This document shows, in pieces, positions 9,181-18,082 of a stretch of 60,105 nucleotides of DNA. The stretch is taken from the NCBI GenBank assembly GCA_047611905.1, contig JBLFWZ010000003.1, positions 1 through 60,105 on the forward strand. Reading direction: 5' to 3'. This DNA is from Gammaproteobacteria bacterium. Lineage in GTDB: Bacteria > Pseudomonadota > Gammaproteobacteria > Ga0077536. Numbering within the stretch: position 1 is the first letter of the stretch; each line of letters opens with the position of its first letter. The notes under the pieces are model-generated. The model was not told where the DNA came from and made no database searches. It was given only the letters and a program-made list of their open reading frames with translations. Position numbers and translations under genes: made by a program.

Positions 9181-9732
9181 ATGAATGACTTAACGACAAA
9201 TTGGATTTTCGGTTACGGCTCCCTGATATGGCGGCCTTCGTTCGATTTTGTGCATGCTCAGCCGGTATTACTGCGTGGTTGGCAGCGACGCTTCTGGCAA
9301 GGCTCTCCCGACCATCGCGGAACGCCGATCGCGCCAGGTCGGGTCGTCACCATCGTAGAGCAAGCCGGGGCCGAGTGTTGGGGGATGGGATTTAACATCA
9401 CCGGGTTCGAAACGGAGAAAATCCTGAGTGAGCTCGATATCAGAGAAAGCGGTGGTTACGTGCGTTTGCCTGTGCAAATTGAATTTTCAGACGGTTCTCA
9501 TACCGAAGCATTGACTTATTTCGCGCCGCCGGAAAATCCGAACTATCTCGGACCAGCGCCACTGGCACAGATGAGTGAACAGATACATAGCAGTGTTGGC
9601 AAGAGCGGTCGCAACGCGGAATATGTCATGAGACTAGCCAAGGCCTTGCGTGAATACGACTTGCCAGACGATGAAGTCCGCGCCTTGGATTCCAGCGTTC
9701 GCCAGGTTTCTGATAAATCGGGACATGGCTGA
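9181..9732 (+). CDS. chaC: ChaC-family gamma-glutamylcyclotransferase (glutathione-specific)
   Basis: MNDLTTNWIFGYGSLIWRPSFDF...LRGWQRRFWQGSPDHRGTPIAPGRVVTIVE matches the ChaC YGSL.W / DHRGT.. signatures. The ORF track starts at 9049, but that extension is Cys/Arg-rich and unlike the family, so I prefer ATG 9181. Confidence 0.8.
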   Translation: MNDLTTNWIFGYGSLIWRPSFDFVHAQPVLLRGWQRRFWQGSPDHRGTPIAPGRVVTIVEQAGAECWGMGFNITGFETEKILSELDIRESGGYVRLPVQIEFSDGSHTEALTYFAPPENPNYLGPAPLAQMSEQIHSSVGKSGRNAEYVMRLAKALREYDLPDDEVRALDSSVRQVSDKSGHG

Positions 9733-9771
9733 GTTAGATCTGGCAGCGGCCTCGCGCGGTGAAATCGCACG

Positions 9772-11793
9772 ATGAAATGGTTTATGCGAATTGTTTTCGG
9801 CGTGGTGGTAGTTGCTGGGCTGTTGTGTGCCTATGTGGCGACACTTGACGTCAATCAATATAAGTCCGAAATAGTCAATTACGTGACGGCACAGACTGGG
9901 CGAGCGTTTTCGATTGACGGCGATATCGGACTTAAGTTGGCTCTCGTGCCAACAATCAAAATCGAAGGTGTCACATTCGGCAATTCGGATTGGGCTGCCC
10001 ACGGGACCATGGCAACGGCACAACGAATTGAAGCGCAACTTGCGCTGTTACCACTATTTTATGGCCAGTTGTCGGTCAAAAAATTCGCCGTCGTCGGTGC
10101 GAGAGTGTCTATTGAAATCAATCGCGAGGGGCGCGGCAATTGGATCCTCGATCGCGATGCGAGTGATTCCGTCGAACCCTCGTCATTTAGATTGCCGGAG
10201 TTTGATTTCCAAGAAATTTCCGTAAGACAGGTGGTCGTCGAATATCGGATGCACGAAGAACCAGCGCAGGAAATCGCACTCGATGTGCTGCGAATAAATT
10301 CGACGGGCTTCGGTCAACCGGTTGCCCTGGTCGTCGGCGGCGCTTACCAGCAGCGACCGTTCAATCTCCAGGGGCAGCTATCACCCTTGAACCGCCTCAT
10401 CGGCAACGAGCCTTACGCGATCGATATCAACGGGTCATTCGACGCCATCGAATTTTCCATGAGTGGAGAAATTGAGCAGCCGTTAGACGGCCAAGGCGTC
10501 GACTTAGGCCTCGAGATTCATGTGCCAGAGCTAGCAAGTGTCGCGACAATGTTCGACTTGGAGTTAGCGCCCGGAGGACCGCTCGACGTCTCGACCGAAT
10601 TGACCGACCGAGCATCTGGATACGGATTTAGCGGTGTGAAGGTCGTTACGCAACGAAGTCAACTTGGGGCCGATTTGGTGCTCAAGCGCACTGCAAAATC
10701 ATGGGATATAGTAGGTGAATTGTACGGATCGCGTCTCGATACCGGTGATGTTCCCAAGCTTGGGAGCGACGCTGCCAACAGCCCTCGAGTGTTCTCGGAA
10801 CAAGCTTTGGAACTCAGTTGGCTAGAAGCTCTGGAAGCGGATATCGATCTCTCGATCGAGTCCGTCGTTAACAAGCGTTTAGAATTATCGACGCTCAAAG
10901 GCAAGATTGAAGTTGGCGATGGCCGGATTAATGTATCGTCAGTCTCTGCGCGTATTAACGAAGGCACACTGAACGCGGATATCTCTTTGGACGCATCGAC
11001 TGGCATAACCAAGGTTGCGTTAGATATTCGAATCGACGCACTCATGCTGGGCGATCTCGCGGTGTTTGCGCAAGACAACGTCATTTCGAATGGTCTGACA
11101 GTGTTAAACCTTAAGCTCAAAGGTAAAGGTCGTTCCATGGCCTCGATACTAGCGAATGCGAACGGAGTACTAGACTTGGAAACGCGCGACGCAATTGTTA
11201 ATCATCGTGCCGCGGGGCTTGTGAGCGGCGACTTATTGTCAGGGTTCATAGATATGCTGAATCCGCGCAAGGCATCCGATGGCCGAACGCGCATAGAATG
11301 TGGTGTTGTCCATTTTCCGATAGTTAATGGCATCGCGACCAACAGCACAGGGATCGGATTACGGACGCCGGAGCTAACAATTCTTGGTGGTGGATCTGTG
11401 AGCCTGAAAGATGAAAGCATCGATATTGGCATTAAACCAAAACCACGCACTGGTGTTGGTTTAAACGTGTCGGGATTGATCGATTTTGTCCGTCTGGGTG
11501 GGACGCTACACGATCCCAAGCTGGTAACCGATGTCGCGGGTGCCGCCACCGCGGGACTTAAAGTTGGGGCTGCGGTCGCGACAGCCGGGTTATCGATTTT
11601 GGCCGAAGGCATATTCGACCGTTTAACCGCAGACCACGACGCCTGCGCAATCGCATTAGGTAAGGAGAAATTCCATGATCAAGATGCTGATCGACCATCC
11701 ATTATTCAAAACACGACGACTAAAACGAGAGACGTCCTCGAGAACGCCGGCGCTAAAGTGAAAGGCGTATTTAAAGGATTATTTGGTCGCTGA
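9772..11793 (+). CDS. AsmA-family outer-membrane biogenesis protein
   Basis: 673 aa. It has an N-terminal membrane anchor, then LDVNQYKSEIVNYVTAQTGRAFSIDGDIGLKLALVPTIKIEGVTFGNSDWA, the typical AsmA N-terminal repeat. The rest is a long beta-rich body. Confidence 0.75.
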   Translation: MKWFMRIVFGVVVVAGLLCAYVATLDVNQYKSEIVNYVTAQTGRAFSIDGDIGLKLALVPTIKIEGVTFGNSDWAAHGTMATAQRIEAQLALLPLFYGQLSVKKFAVVGARVSIEINREGRGNWILDRDASDSVEPSSFRLPEFDFQEISVRQVVVEYRMHEEPAQEIALDVLRINSTGFGQPVALVVGGAYQQRPFNLQGQLSPLNRLIGNEPYAIDINGSFDAIEFSMSGEIEQPLDGQGVDLGLEIHVPELASVATMFDLELAPGGPLDVSTELTDRASGYGFSGVKVVTQRSQLGADLVLKRTAKSWDIVGELYGSRLDTGDVPKLGSDAANSPRVFSEQALELSWLEALEADIDLSIESVVNKRLELSTLKGKIEVGDGRINVSSVSARINEGTLNADISLDASTGITKVALDIRIDALMLGDLAVFAQDNVISNGLTVLNLKLKGKGRSMASILANANGVLDLETRDAIVNHRAAGLVSGDLLSGFIDMLNPRKASDGRTRIECGVVHFPIVNGIATNSTGIGLRTPELTILGGGSVSLKDESIDIGIKPKPRTGVGLNVSGLIDFVRLGGTLHDPKLVTDVAGAATAGLKVGAAVATAGLSILAEGIFDRLTADHDACAIALGKEKFHDQDADRPSIIQNTTTKTRDVLENAGAKVKGVFKGLFGR

Positions 11794-11810
11794 AATAACT
11801 TTGGCTTCAG

Positions 11811-12575
11811 ATGTTTAATCGATACGTCGGCATTGATTACTCGGGTCGCCTAGCGCCTGTCTCAAGAATTGCAGAGCTACAGGTCTTTAGTGCGACTCCG
11901 ACGAGTAATCCCGAACCTATTTTGGTCCCTAACACGGGTGCGCAACATTGGTGCCGAAAAGATCTTGCTGCATGGTGCATCAGCGAATTGATGCGCGACA
12001 GCCGCAGCTTTTTCGCAATCGATCATGGGTTCTCATTTCCCGCTGCTTACATGCGCCGTCATGAATTGACCTCATGGAAACAATTTCTCGACCATTTTCA
12101 TGGTTTATGGCCGACCGACCGCGATCATATGTATGTCGATTTCGTGCGGAAGAACAATCCGCCAAGCGGCACGCCTCATGAGCTTCGCATCTGTGAGCAA
12201 TGGACGGAAAACGCCGGCAGCGTGTTCGATTTCTCGGATCCTAGCGGTTTTGCGTATTCAACACATGCCGGAATCGTCTGGATGCATCACATTCGCCAGT
12301 ATCCGGGCTTGTCGGACAGAGTGCATTTTTGGCCGTTCGACGGCTTCGACGTGCCGATGCACAAATCGGTTATTGCCGAGACGTCCTCATCGCTATTTCA
12401 CCGCCGATTCGAAGGTGGTGATCGTGGCCGTGATGAGCACGAGGCGTATTCCGTAGCGATGTGGCTAAAGCAGGTCGATGGTCGCGGGTCTTTGGAACAA
12501 TACCTGAACCCTCCCTTGACGCCGCCGGAACGCCAGACTGCAGAATTGGAAGGTTGGATTATCGGCGTCTACTAG
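11811..12575 (+). CDS. Hypothetical protein (254 aa), unknown family
   Basis: Long ORF 17 nt after asmA. Composition is coding-like, with motifs GIDYSG, AIDHGFSFP and HFWPFDGF. I cannot assign a family with confidence. Confidence 0.5.
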   Translation: MFNRYVGIDYSGRLAPVSRIAELQVFSATPTSNPEPILVPNTGAQHWCRKDLAAWCISELMRDSRSFFAIDHGFSFPAAYMRRHELTSWKQFLDHFHGLWPTDRDHMYVDFVRKNNPPSGTPHELRICEQWTENAGSVFDFSDPSGFAYSTHAGIVWMHHIRQYPGLSDRVHFWPFDGFDVPMHKSVIAETSSSLFHRRFEGGDRGRDEHEAYSVAMWLKQVDGRGSLEQYLNPPLTPPERQTAELEGWIIGVY

Positions 12576-12806
12576 ACTGCATGGCGCGCTTTTTCACCGT
12601 GATGCGCCTTCGTGTCGCTTTCCAGCGACAGATGATTGCTAGCGGCTCGCCTAGTCTCCTAGCGAGTGACCTTGCGGAAACCACGATGTGACAAGGGTCA
12701 CACGCGGATCAGCTAATCTTGTGATGCCGTTCAGATAAACGCCTATCCAGCCGCTATTTTTCAAACCTTGGCTCAATAATTGGATCTATCTTAAGTACCG
12801 CGCTGC

Positions 12807-14414
12807 TTGTCGGCGCGTTTCGTCAACTTAATAGGATGGCTCGGTGTGGATAGTGCAACCAACCCTGAAGAAAATCTAAGTTCGCAGATGCGTGCGCAGC
12901 CGGAGTTGATTTGCGGTAGCATCGCAGCCGCCGCCGTTGCTGCAACTGTCTGGAGCTCGACAAGTAGTCCAGTCGTTCTTGGATGGCTCCTGCTTACTCA
13001 ATTAGTGTACGGCACGCGCTTGTGGCAACTTCGAAAACTGGCTCGCAAATCCGAATCCGAACCCTCGGAGTCGTTGGCAGCTGTCGTCGGTGTCACGCTG
13101 TCGGGCTTCCTTTGGGGGGCCGCGGCGACCGGTTGCTTAATGACCCAGGGAGTGACGTGGTTAACCGGCATTGCCTTAACGACGACTACGATACTCACTA
13201 TTCTCGTACTCGGCAGTTACTTAGGTCGACGTCGTATCGTCGTACCGTATGTCGTTGCCACGAGTGCGCCAATAGGAATTGCCGGATTAGTCGCACTCGA
13301 TCGTGCGACCGTCGTCGTGGGCGTGTCGAGCATGCTTTTCATGGCGGTAATTTCGGTATCGGCAAAATACATCGAAAGATTCGTTAAACATTCCGGCGAG
13401 ATTGCAAAAGATCGGGAAAAGTATTTGGCACTCCTCCAGTCGTCGGAACAAGAAGTCAAGAAACTAGAGATCGGATTGAAAACTACTAACGAAAAGTGCT
13501 TAGTATTGGAGGAAGAGATCAGTTCGCTAAGCTCGAATTTGACGATAAGCGAGGGCAAGGCCGACGCGTTAGCGAACGCACTAGACCGGGTTACGCCTTA
13601 CGATACGCAAACTGGGCTCCTCAACGCTAAGAAATACGTCAACGTTCTAGAACGCGAATGGGCCAGGATGTTGCGACAAGAGCTGCCAATCAGTGTCGTT
13701 CACATGTGCATAGATAACTTTGACGAGTACAAGGAAAACTACGGAAATATCGCGTACGAGTCGGCGATTCGTCGAATCGCGGAGTTAACGAGGCGTATCG
13801 GAACACGCCCTGGCGATGTCGTGGCAAGGCTAGAAGAAAACAAATTCGCGCTGCTATTTCCCGAAGCGGACAACAAGAATGGTGAGATATTGGCGGGCGT
13901 TTTGCGCGAGAAAATTCGACGTCTCAACATGCCGAACCACAGTTCGCCAATGCACTCGGCGGTGACCGCAAGTTTCGGGGTCGCGACGGCAATTCCGAAT
14001 AGTGATCTGACAATTGAGGAATTCGCGAAGCGGGCAGATTCGGGACTCTACGAAGCACAATTTCAAGGCGGAGATAAAGTGGTTCGCTATCGCGTGATGA
14101 ACAACGTCAAGCTAGAGCGTTGGAACCGCGACCAAGAAGGTGAACTTACACCAGACGGACTCATCCGAAAGCTGTCGGTATGGGGCTACGACACAACCCC
14201 AAGAACCTACAAGCCGGGCGAGTACTCCGCTGATAAGCGTATTCAACTAGATACGGTCGATGCGATCGTTCAGGGTCAACTAAAAGTCTCGCTGGAAGGC
14301 GAATCGCGCGTGCTAAAACCCGGCGATTGCTTATTCATTCCTAAAGGCCTGGTGACGAGCGCGGAAGTTGTCGGCGACAAACCGGTCATCTGCCTTGAAG
14401 GCACGAGGGTCTAA
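12807..14414 (+). CDS. Membrane-anchored degenerate GGDEF-domain protein with coiled coil and C-terminal cupin domain
   Basis: There are ~190 aa of TM helices, then a coiled coil. The GGDEF fold follows (GLLNAKKYVNVLEREW...VHMCIDNFDEYKENYG...ASFGVAT...ADSGLYEAQFQGGDKV). The A-site reads EENKF instead of GG[DE]EF, while RPGD (RxxD I-site) is present five residues upstream. The C-terminus GESRVLKPGDCLFIPKG is cupin-like. The start is uncertain: TTG 12807 or ATG 12888. Confidence 0.75.
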   Translation: MSARFVNLIGWLGVDSATNPEENLSSQMRAQPELICGSIAAAAVAATVWSSTSSPVVLGWLLLTQLVYGTRLWQLRKLARKSESEPSESLAAVVGVTLSGFLWGAAATGCLMTQGVTWLTGIALTTTTILTILVLGSYLGRRRIVVPYVVATSAPIGIAGLVALDRATVVVGVSSMLFMAVISVSAKYIERFVKHSGEIAKDREKYLALLQSSEQEVKKLEIGLKTTNEKCLVLEEEISSLSSNLTISEGKADALANALDRVTPYDTQTGLLNAKKYVNVLEREWARMLRQELPISVVHMCIDNFDEYKENYGNIAYESAIRRIAELTRRIGTRPGDVVARLEENKFALLFPEADNKNGEILAGVLREKIRRLNMPNHSSPMHSAVTASFGVATAIPNSDLTIEEFAKRADSGLYEAQFQGGDKVVRYRVMNNVKLERWNRDQEGELTPDGLIRKLSVWGYDTTPRTYKPGEYSADKRIQLDTVDAIVQGQLKVSLEGESRVLKPGDCLFIPKGLVTSAEVVGDKPVICLEGTRV

Positions 14415-14520
14415 CTTCTCACTAGACGTCTATTCCGACGGGCGGTCTGCGCGCGCCGACCCGACTTGCACGGCCGATTTCTATTCGTAAGTGTTAGACA
14501 ATAAGCCGCATAATGACGGC

Positions 14521-15423
14521 ATGCCTGAACTACCGGATATCGAGAATTATCTTGTCGCGCTACGCGCGCGAATCAACGGCACCCGGGTCGTGTCCGTTTG
14601 CGCGCACAATCCCTTCTTATTGCGCACCGTTGAACCCACGCTCGGCGAAGTCGAGGGTCTGAAAGTTACTGCGCTCCGGCGAGTCGGCAAACGTATCAGC
14701 ATAGGTTTGGAACGCGACATCTGGCTGGTGATCCATTTAATGATCGCGGGACGCCTTGCATGGCGCGATTCGACGGCTAAGAAGCGACCTCCGAAATCTC
14801 TGGCAACGTTTGAATTTGAATCGGGATCGCTGTTTCTGACCGAGGCCGGATCAAAGAGACGTGCCTCCCTGCACGTTGTGAAAGGGGAGGATGCACTTGC
14901 CGCACTCAACCCTAATGGTCTGGAAGTCCTGCAAGCCGACTATCCACAATTCGCCGAACGTTTGAGCCTACGCAATCACACCTTGAAACGAGCGCTTACA
15001 GATCCGCACTTATTTAGCGGCATCGGAAACGCCTACTCCGACGAAATACTCCATCACGCAAAACTCTCACCAATCTCTCAAACACAGAAACTCAACGACG
15101 GGGAAATCGAACGCTTATACCGGTCGATTCAAACTGTGCTCTCGGAGTGGTCAAATAAATTGCGCCAGCAAACGGCCGGTGGTTTTCCGGAAAAAGTGAC
15201 CGCTTTTCGGCGAGATATGGCAGTACACGGCCGTTTCGGAGAACCGTGCCCAGATTGTAAAACGACGATCCAAAGAATTCGCTACGTACAAAATGAATTG
15301 AATTATTGTCCGCGATGCCAGACCGGTGGGAAGGTATTGGCCGACCGAGGATTATCGCGCTTGCTAAAGAAGGATTGGCCACGAACCATCGAAGAATTAG
15401 AGGCGACAAGGGTGAAAATCTAG
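14521..15423 (+). CDS. Fpg/Nei-family DNA glycosylase/AP lyase
   Basis: Begins MPELPDIENYL, matching the family hallmark PELPEVE with catalytic Pro2/Glu3. It has an H2TH region (SGIGNAYSDEILHHAKL) and a C-terminal zinc finger CPDC...CPRCQ. The ORF-track start 14491 is rejected because the family starts at MPELP. Confidence 0.8.
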   Translation: MPELPDIENYLVALRARINGTRVVSVCAHNPFLLRTVEPTLGEVEGLKVTALRRVGKRISIGLERDIWLVIHLMIAGRLAWRDSTAKKRPPKSLATFEFESGSLFLTEAGSKRRASLHVVKGEDALAALNPNGLEVLQADYPQFAERLSLRNHTLKRALTDPHLFSGIGNAYSDEILHHAKLSPISQTQKLNDGEIERLYRSIQTVLSEWSNKLRQQTAGGFPEKVTAFRRDMAVHGRFGEPCPDCKTTIQRIRYVQNELNYCPRCQTGGKVLADRGLSRLLKKDWPRTIEELEATRVKI

Positions 15424-15558
15424 CTAAACTGTACCCCGGCCGGCCTATTTTTAGGACCCACTGTGACTGCGGAATTTGAAAGCAAGGCACGGAGTGTTAG
15501 CACCAGCGGGCGGGATTAATGTAACCGCCCTTGGACGACATTTTTCGGAGATTTAGCC

Positions 15559-16650
15559 ATGAGTGTCTCAGCAAAGAACTTAACCCCAACACCGAGTGTC
15601 GAAGATCCACGTTGGATTGCGGTGCTAGCGCGCGACCCGGACGCCGATGGCCGCTTTTATTATGCGGTTAAAACAACGGGCGTTTATTGCCGTCCGTCGT
15701 GCGCTTCACGTCTTGCACGGTTTGAAAACGTCACGTTTTATTCAACATGTGAACAAGCCGAAGCGGCAGGGTATCGTTCGTGTCTACGCTGCAAACCAGA
15801 TGAACGAAGCATCCGAGAATGCAACGCGGATAGAGTCGCCCAGGCGTGCGGCATCTTAGAGCAGTGCGATGAATCAATGCCATTGAATGAATTGGCGGCC
15901 AGAGTGGACATGAGTCCCTACCATTTTCATCGTGTCTTCAAAACTACAACAGGGCTGACTCCGCGGCAATATGCTAGTGAGTGTCGGGCAAATAGAGTTC
16001 GAAACTCGCTCGCCGGAACAGGTAGCGTAACGAGCGCGATATTTGATGCAGGGTATAGTTCCAGCAGTCGTTTTTACGAACGGTGCGATGATTTCCTCGG
16101 CATGACCCCAAGCGATTATCGAGCCGGCGGCACGAATGTCGAAATACACTTTGCGATCGGGGAATGTGTCTTTGGAACGATTCTGGCCGCGGCGAGCCAG
16201 CGCGGTGTTTGCGCTATCTTGCTCGGCAGCGATCCGGACGTTCTACTACGAGAGTTACAAGATCGATTTCCGCAGGCCCAATTGATCGGCGCAGATCCGG
16301 TATTCGAGTCTGTTATTGCGAAAGTGATCGGCTTCGTTGAGGCGCCTTCCACAGGCCTCGATCTACCGTTGGACGTCGGTGGCACAATTTTCCAACGACG
16401 GGTATGGCATGCCTTAGCTAAGATCCCAATTGGTGAGACAATGAGTTATGCCCAAGTTGCGAAAAGTATTGGTGCTCCGAAGTCCGCGCGAGCTGTTGCG
16501 AAAGCCTGCGCGGCGAACGCCCTCGCAGTAGCTATTCCCTGCCATCGGGTGGTGCGCAGCGATGGTGCGATCTCAGGATACCGTTGGGGCGTCGAGCGAA
16601 AGCGTCAACTGCTCGACCACGAAGCTGATTTCGCCAAATCGACGTCATGA
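15559..16650 (+). CDS. ada: Bifunctional Ada: methylphosphotriester-sensing AraC-type regulator + O6-methylguanine-DNA methyltransferase
   Basis: The N-terminal Ada zinc domain reads YYAVKTTGVYCRPSC...CLRCKP. The AraC HTH reads SPYHFHRVFKTTTGLTPRQY. The C-terminal MGMT active site is IPCHRVV. Confidence 0.9.
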   Translation: MSVSAKNLTPTPSVEDPRWIAVLARDPDADGRFYYAVKTTGVYCRPSCASRLARFENVTFYSTCEQAEAAGYRSCLRCKPDERSIRECNADRVAQACGILEQCDESMPLNELAARVDMSPYHFHRVFKTTTGLTPRQYASECRANRVRNSLAGTGSVTSAIFDAGYSSSSRFYERCDDFLGMTPSDYRAGGTNVEIHFAIGECVFGTILAAASQRGVCAILLGSDPDVLLRELQDRFPQAQLIGADPVFESVIAKVIGFVEAPSTGLDLPLDVGGTIFQRRVWHALAKIPIGETMSYAQVAKSIGAPKSARAVAKACAANALAVAIPCHRVVRSDGAISGYRWGVERKRQLLDHEADFAKSTS

Positions 16651-17372
16651 AATCGAATAACGATGAGAGCACGATCACTCGACTAACACGACTCGATTGG
16701 ACTCGAATCGACCGAGACCTGGATGCGTGTGGTAATGCGGTCATCGATAACTTACTGACTAACCAAGAGTGCGCGGATCTCGCCTCACTGTATGACGTCG
16801 ACCCCCTATTTCGAAAAACCGTGAGCATGGCTCGGCACGGATTCGGACGCGGCGAGTATCGTTATTTCTGCTACCCCTTGCCGGATATCGTGCAGCAACT
16901 TCGCCAATCGTTCTACGCATACCTGGCGCCCATCGCCAATCGTTGGAACGACGCAATGGGGATAGCCTTACGCTTCCCACTAGAGTTCGAGGATTATATT
17001 GCGAATTGTGCGACCGGTGGCCAGACGGAGCCCACACCGTTATTGCTGCGCTATGGCGTGGGAGATTTTAATTGCCTACATCAAGATCTTTACGGTGAGG
17101 AGGTATTTCCGTTACAGATTGCGATCCAGCTAAACGCGCCTAGGCGCGATTTCGACGGCGGTGAGTTCGTGCTGACGGAGCAGCGTCCGCGCATGCAATC
17201 GAGAGTCGAAGTGGTGCCCTTGCAGCGCGGCGATGCTGTGGTGTTCCCTGTCCACCGTCGTCCAGTGAAGGGTTCGCGAGGCTACTATCGAGTGAATATG
17301 CGCCATGGGGTCAGTCGCTTACGCCGTGGTCATCGCATCACAGCAGGGATTATTTTGCACGACGCCAAATGA
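16647..17372 (+). CDS. 2OG-Fe(II) oxygenase superfamily protein (not obviously AlkB)
   Basis: 241 aa. It has the HxD...H facial triad candidates (LHQDLYG ... MRHGVS) and a distal Arg. Its ATG overlaps the ada stop (ATGA 16647-16650). Confidence 0.7.
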   Translation: MKSNNDESTITRLTRLDWTRIDRDLDACGNAVIDNLLTNQECADLASLYDVDPLFRKTVSMARHGFGRGEYRYFCYPLPDIVQQLRQSFYAYLAPIANRWNDAMGIALRFPLEFEDYIANCATGGQTEPTPLLLRYGVGDFNCLHQDLYGEEVFPLQIAIQLNAPRRDFDGGEFVLTEQRPRMQSRVEVVPLQRGDAVVFPVHRRPVKGSRGYYRVNMRHGVSRLRRGHRITAGIILHDAK

Positions 17373-17398
17373 GTTGTCTTGCGTTGGGCTAAAAGAGG

Positions 17399-18064
17399 CT
17401 AGTAACTGGGCGGTGTAATTGCGTACATAACTATCGTTTCGCCGTCGCTAACATTCCGGTAGCGATGCGGTTCGCTACTCGGGAAATTGAAACTATCGCC
17501 TTCCTCTAAGATAAACGAACGTTCTCCAACGGTTATCTCAATCTTGCCTTGCATCACCATGCCGCCTTCTTCGCCACGGTGAACGTATTTGTCGCCGGTG
17601 CTGGCCTGCGGCTCGAAATGCGTCAAGATTAATTCCAAGCTGCCTTCGAGAGTTGGCGACAACAAGTAATCGACAAAGCCCTCGCGAAAAATTATTCTGC
17701 GACGATTGGCCTTGCGCACGACGAGACCTTTTTCATTCGATGGGCCTTGGTTCCCGCCGCCAAAAAACCACGCGACTGTTACATCGAGCGAGCGCGCAAC
17801 CGATCCAAGCGCTTTCACGGAAGGTGTGGAGATATTTCGCTCTATTTGACTCAGATATCCGATGGACAAATCGGCCCGTTCGGCAAGTTCCGTTAGTGAT
17901 AAGCGCCGAGCTTTACGTAGCGCGCGGAGTTCGCTGCCATCAAATGTGCAGGGCTCGGCAGACTCCTGCGTAAACACGTCATCGTTATCTAATTGCTCGT
18001 GCAAGACGGCTTTTCCTGCTTCGCCCATGACCGACTTAATAATGCCGGCGAGGGATGTCCGCAC
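17399..18064 (-). CDS. XRE-family HTH + cupin transcriptional regulator
   Basis: The HTH reads LRKARRLSLTELAERADLSIGYLSQIERNISTPSVKAL. The C-terminal cupin reads HRGEEGGMVMQGKIEITVGERSFILEEGDSFNFPSSEPHRYRN. The start is GTG 18064 or ATG 18028. Confidence 0.8.
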   Translation of the reverse strand: MRTSLAGIIKSVMGEAGKAVLHEQLDNDDVFTQESAEPCTFDGSELRALRKARRLSLTELAERADLSIGYLSQIERNISTPSVKALGSVARSLDVTVAWFFGGGNQGPSNEKGLVVRKANRRRIIFREGFVDYLLSPTLEGSLELILTHFEPQASTGDKYVHRGEEGGMVMQGKIEITVGERSFILEEGDSFNFPSSEPHRYRNVSDGETIVMYAITPPSY

Positions 18065-18082
18065 GAAGCGGACGCAGTCTGA

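Noticed and set aside
8858-9199. 113-aa minus-strand ORF, and the 9049 extension of the ChaC ORF.
   Set aside because: Both are Arg/Cys/Ser-rich with low-complexity composition typical of out-of-frame or antisense translation. ChaC homologues start just before the YGSL motif, which fits ATG 9181.
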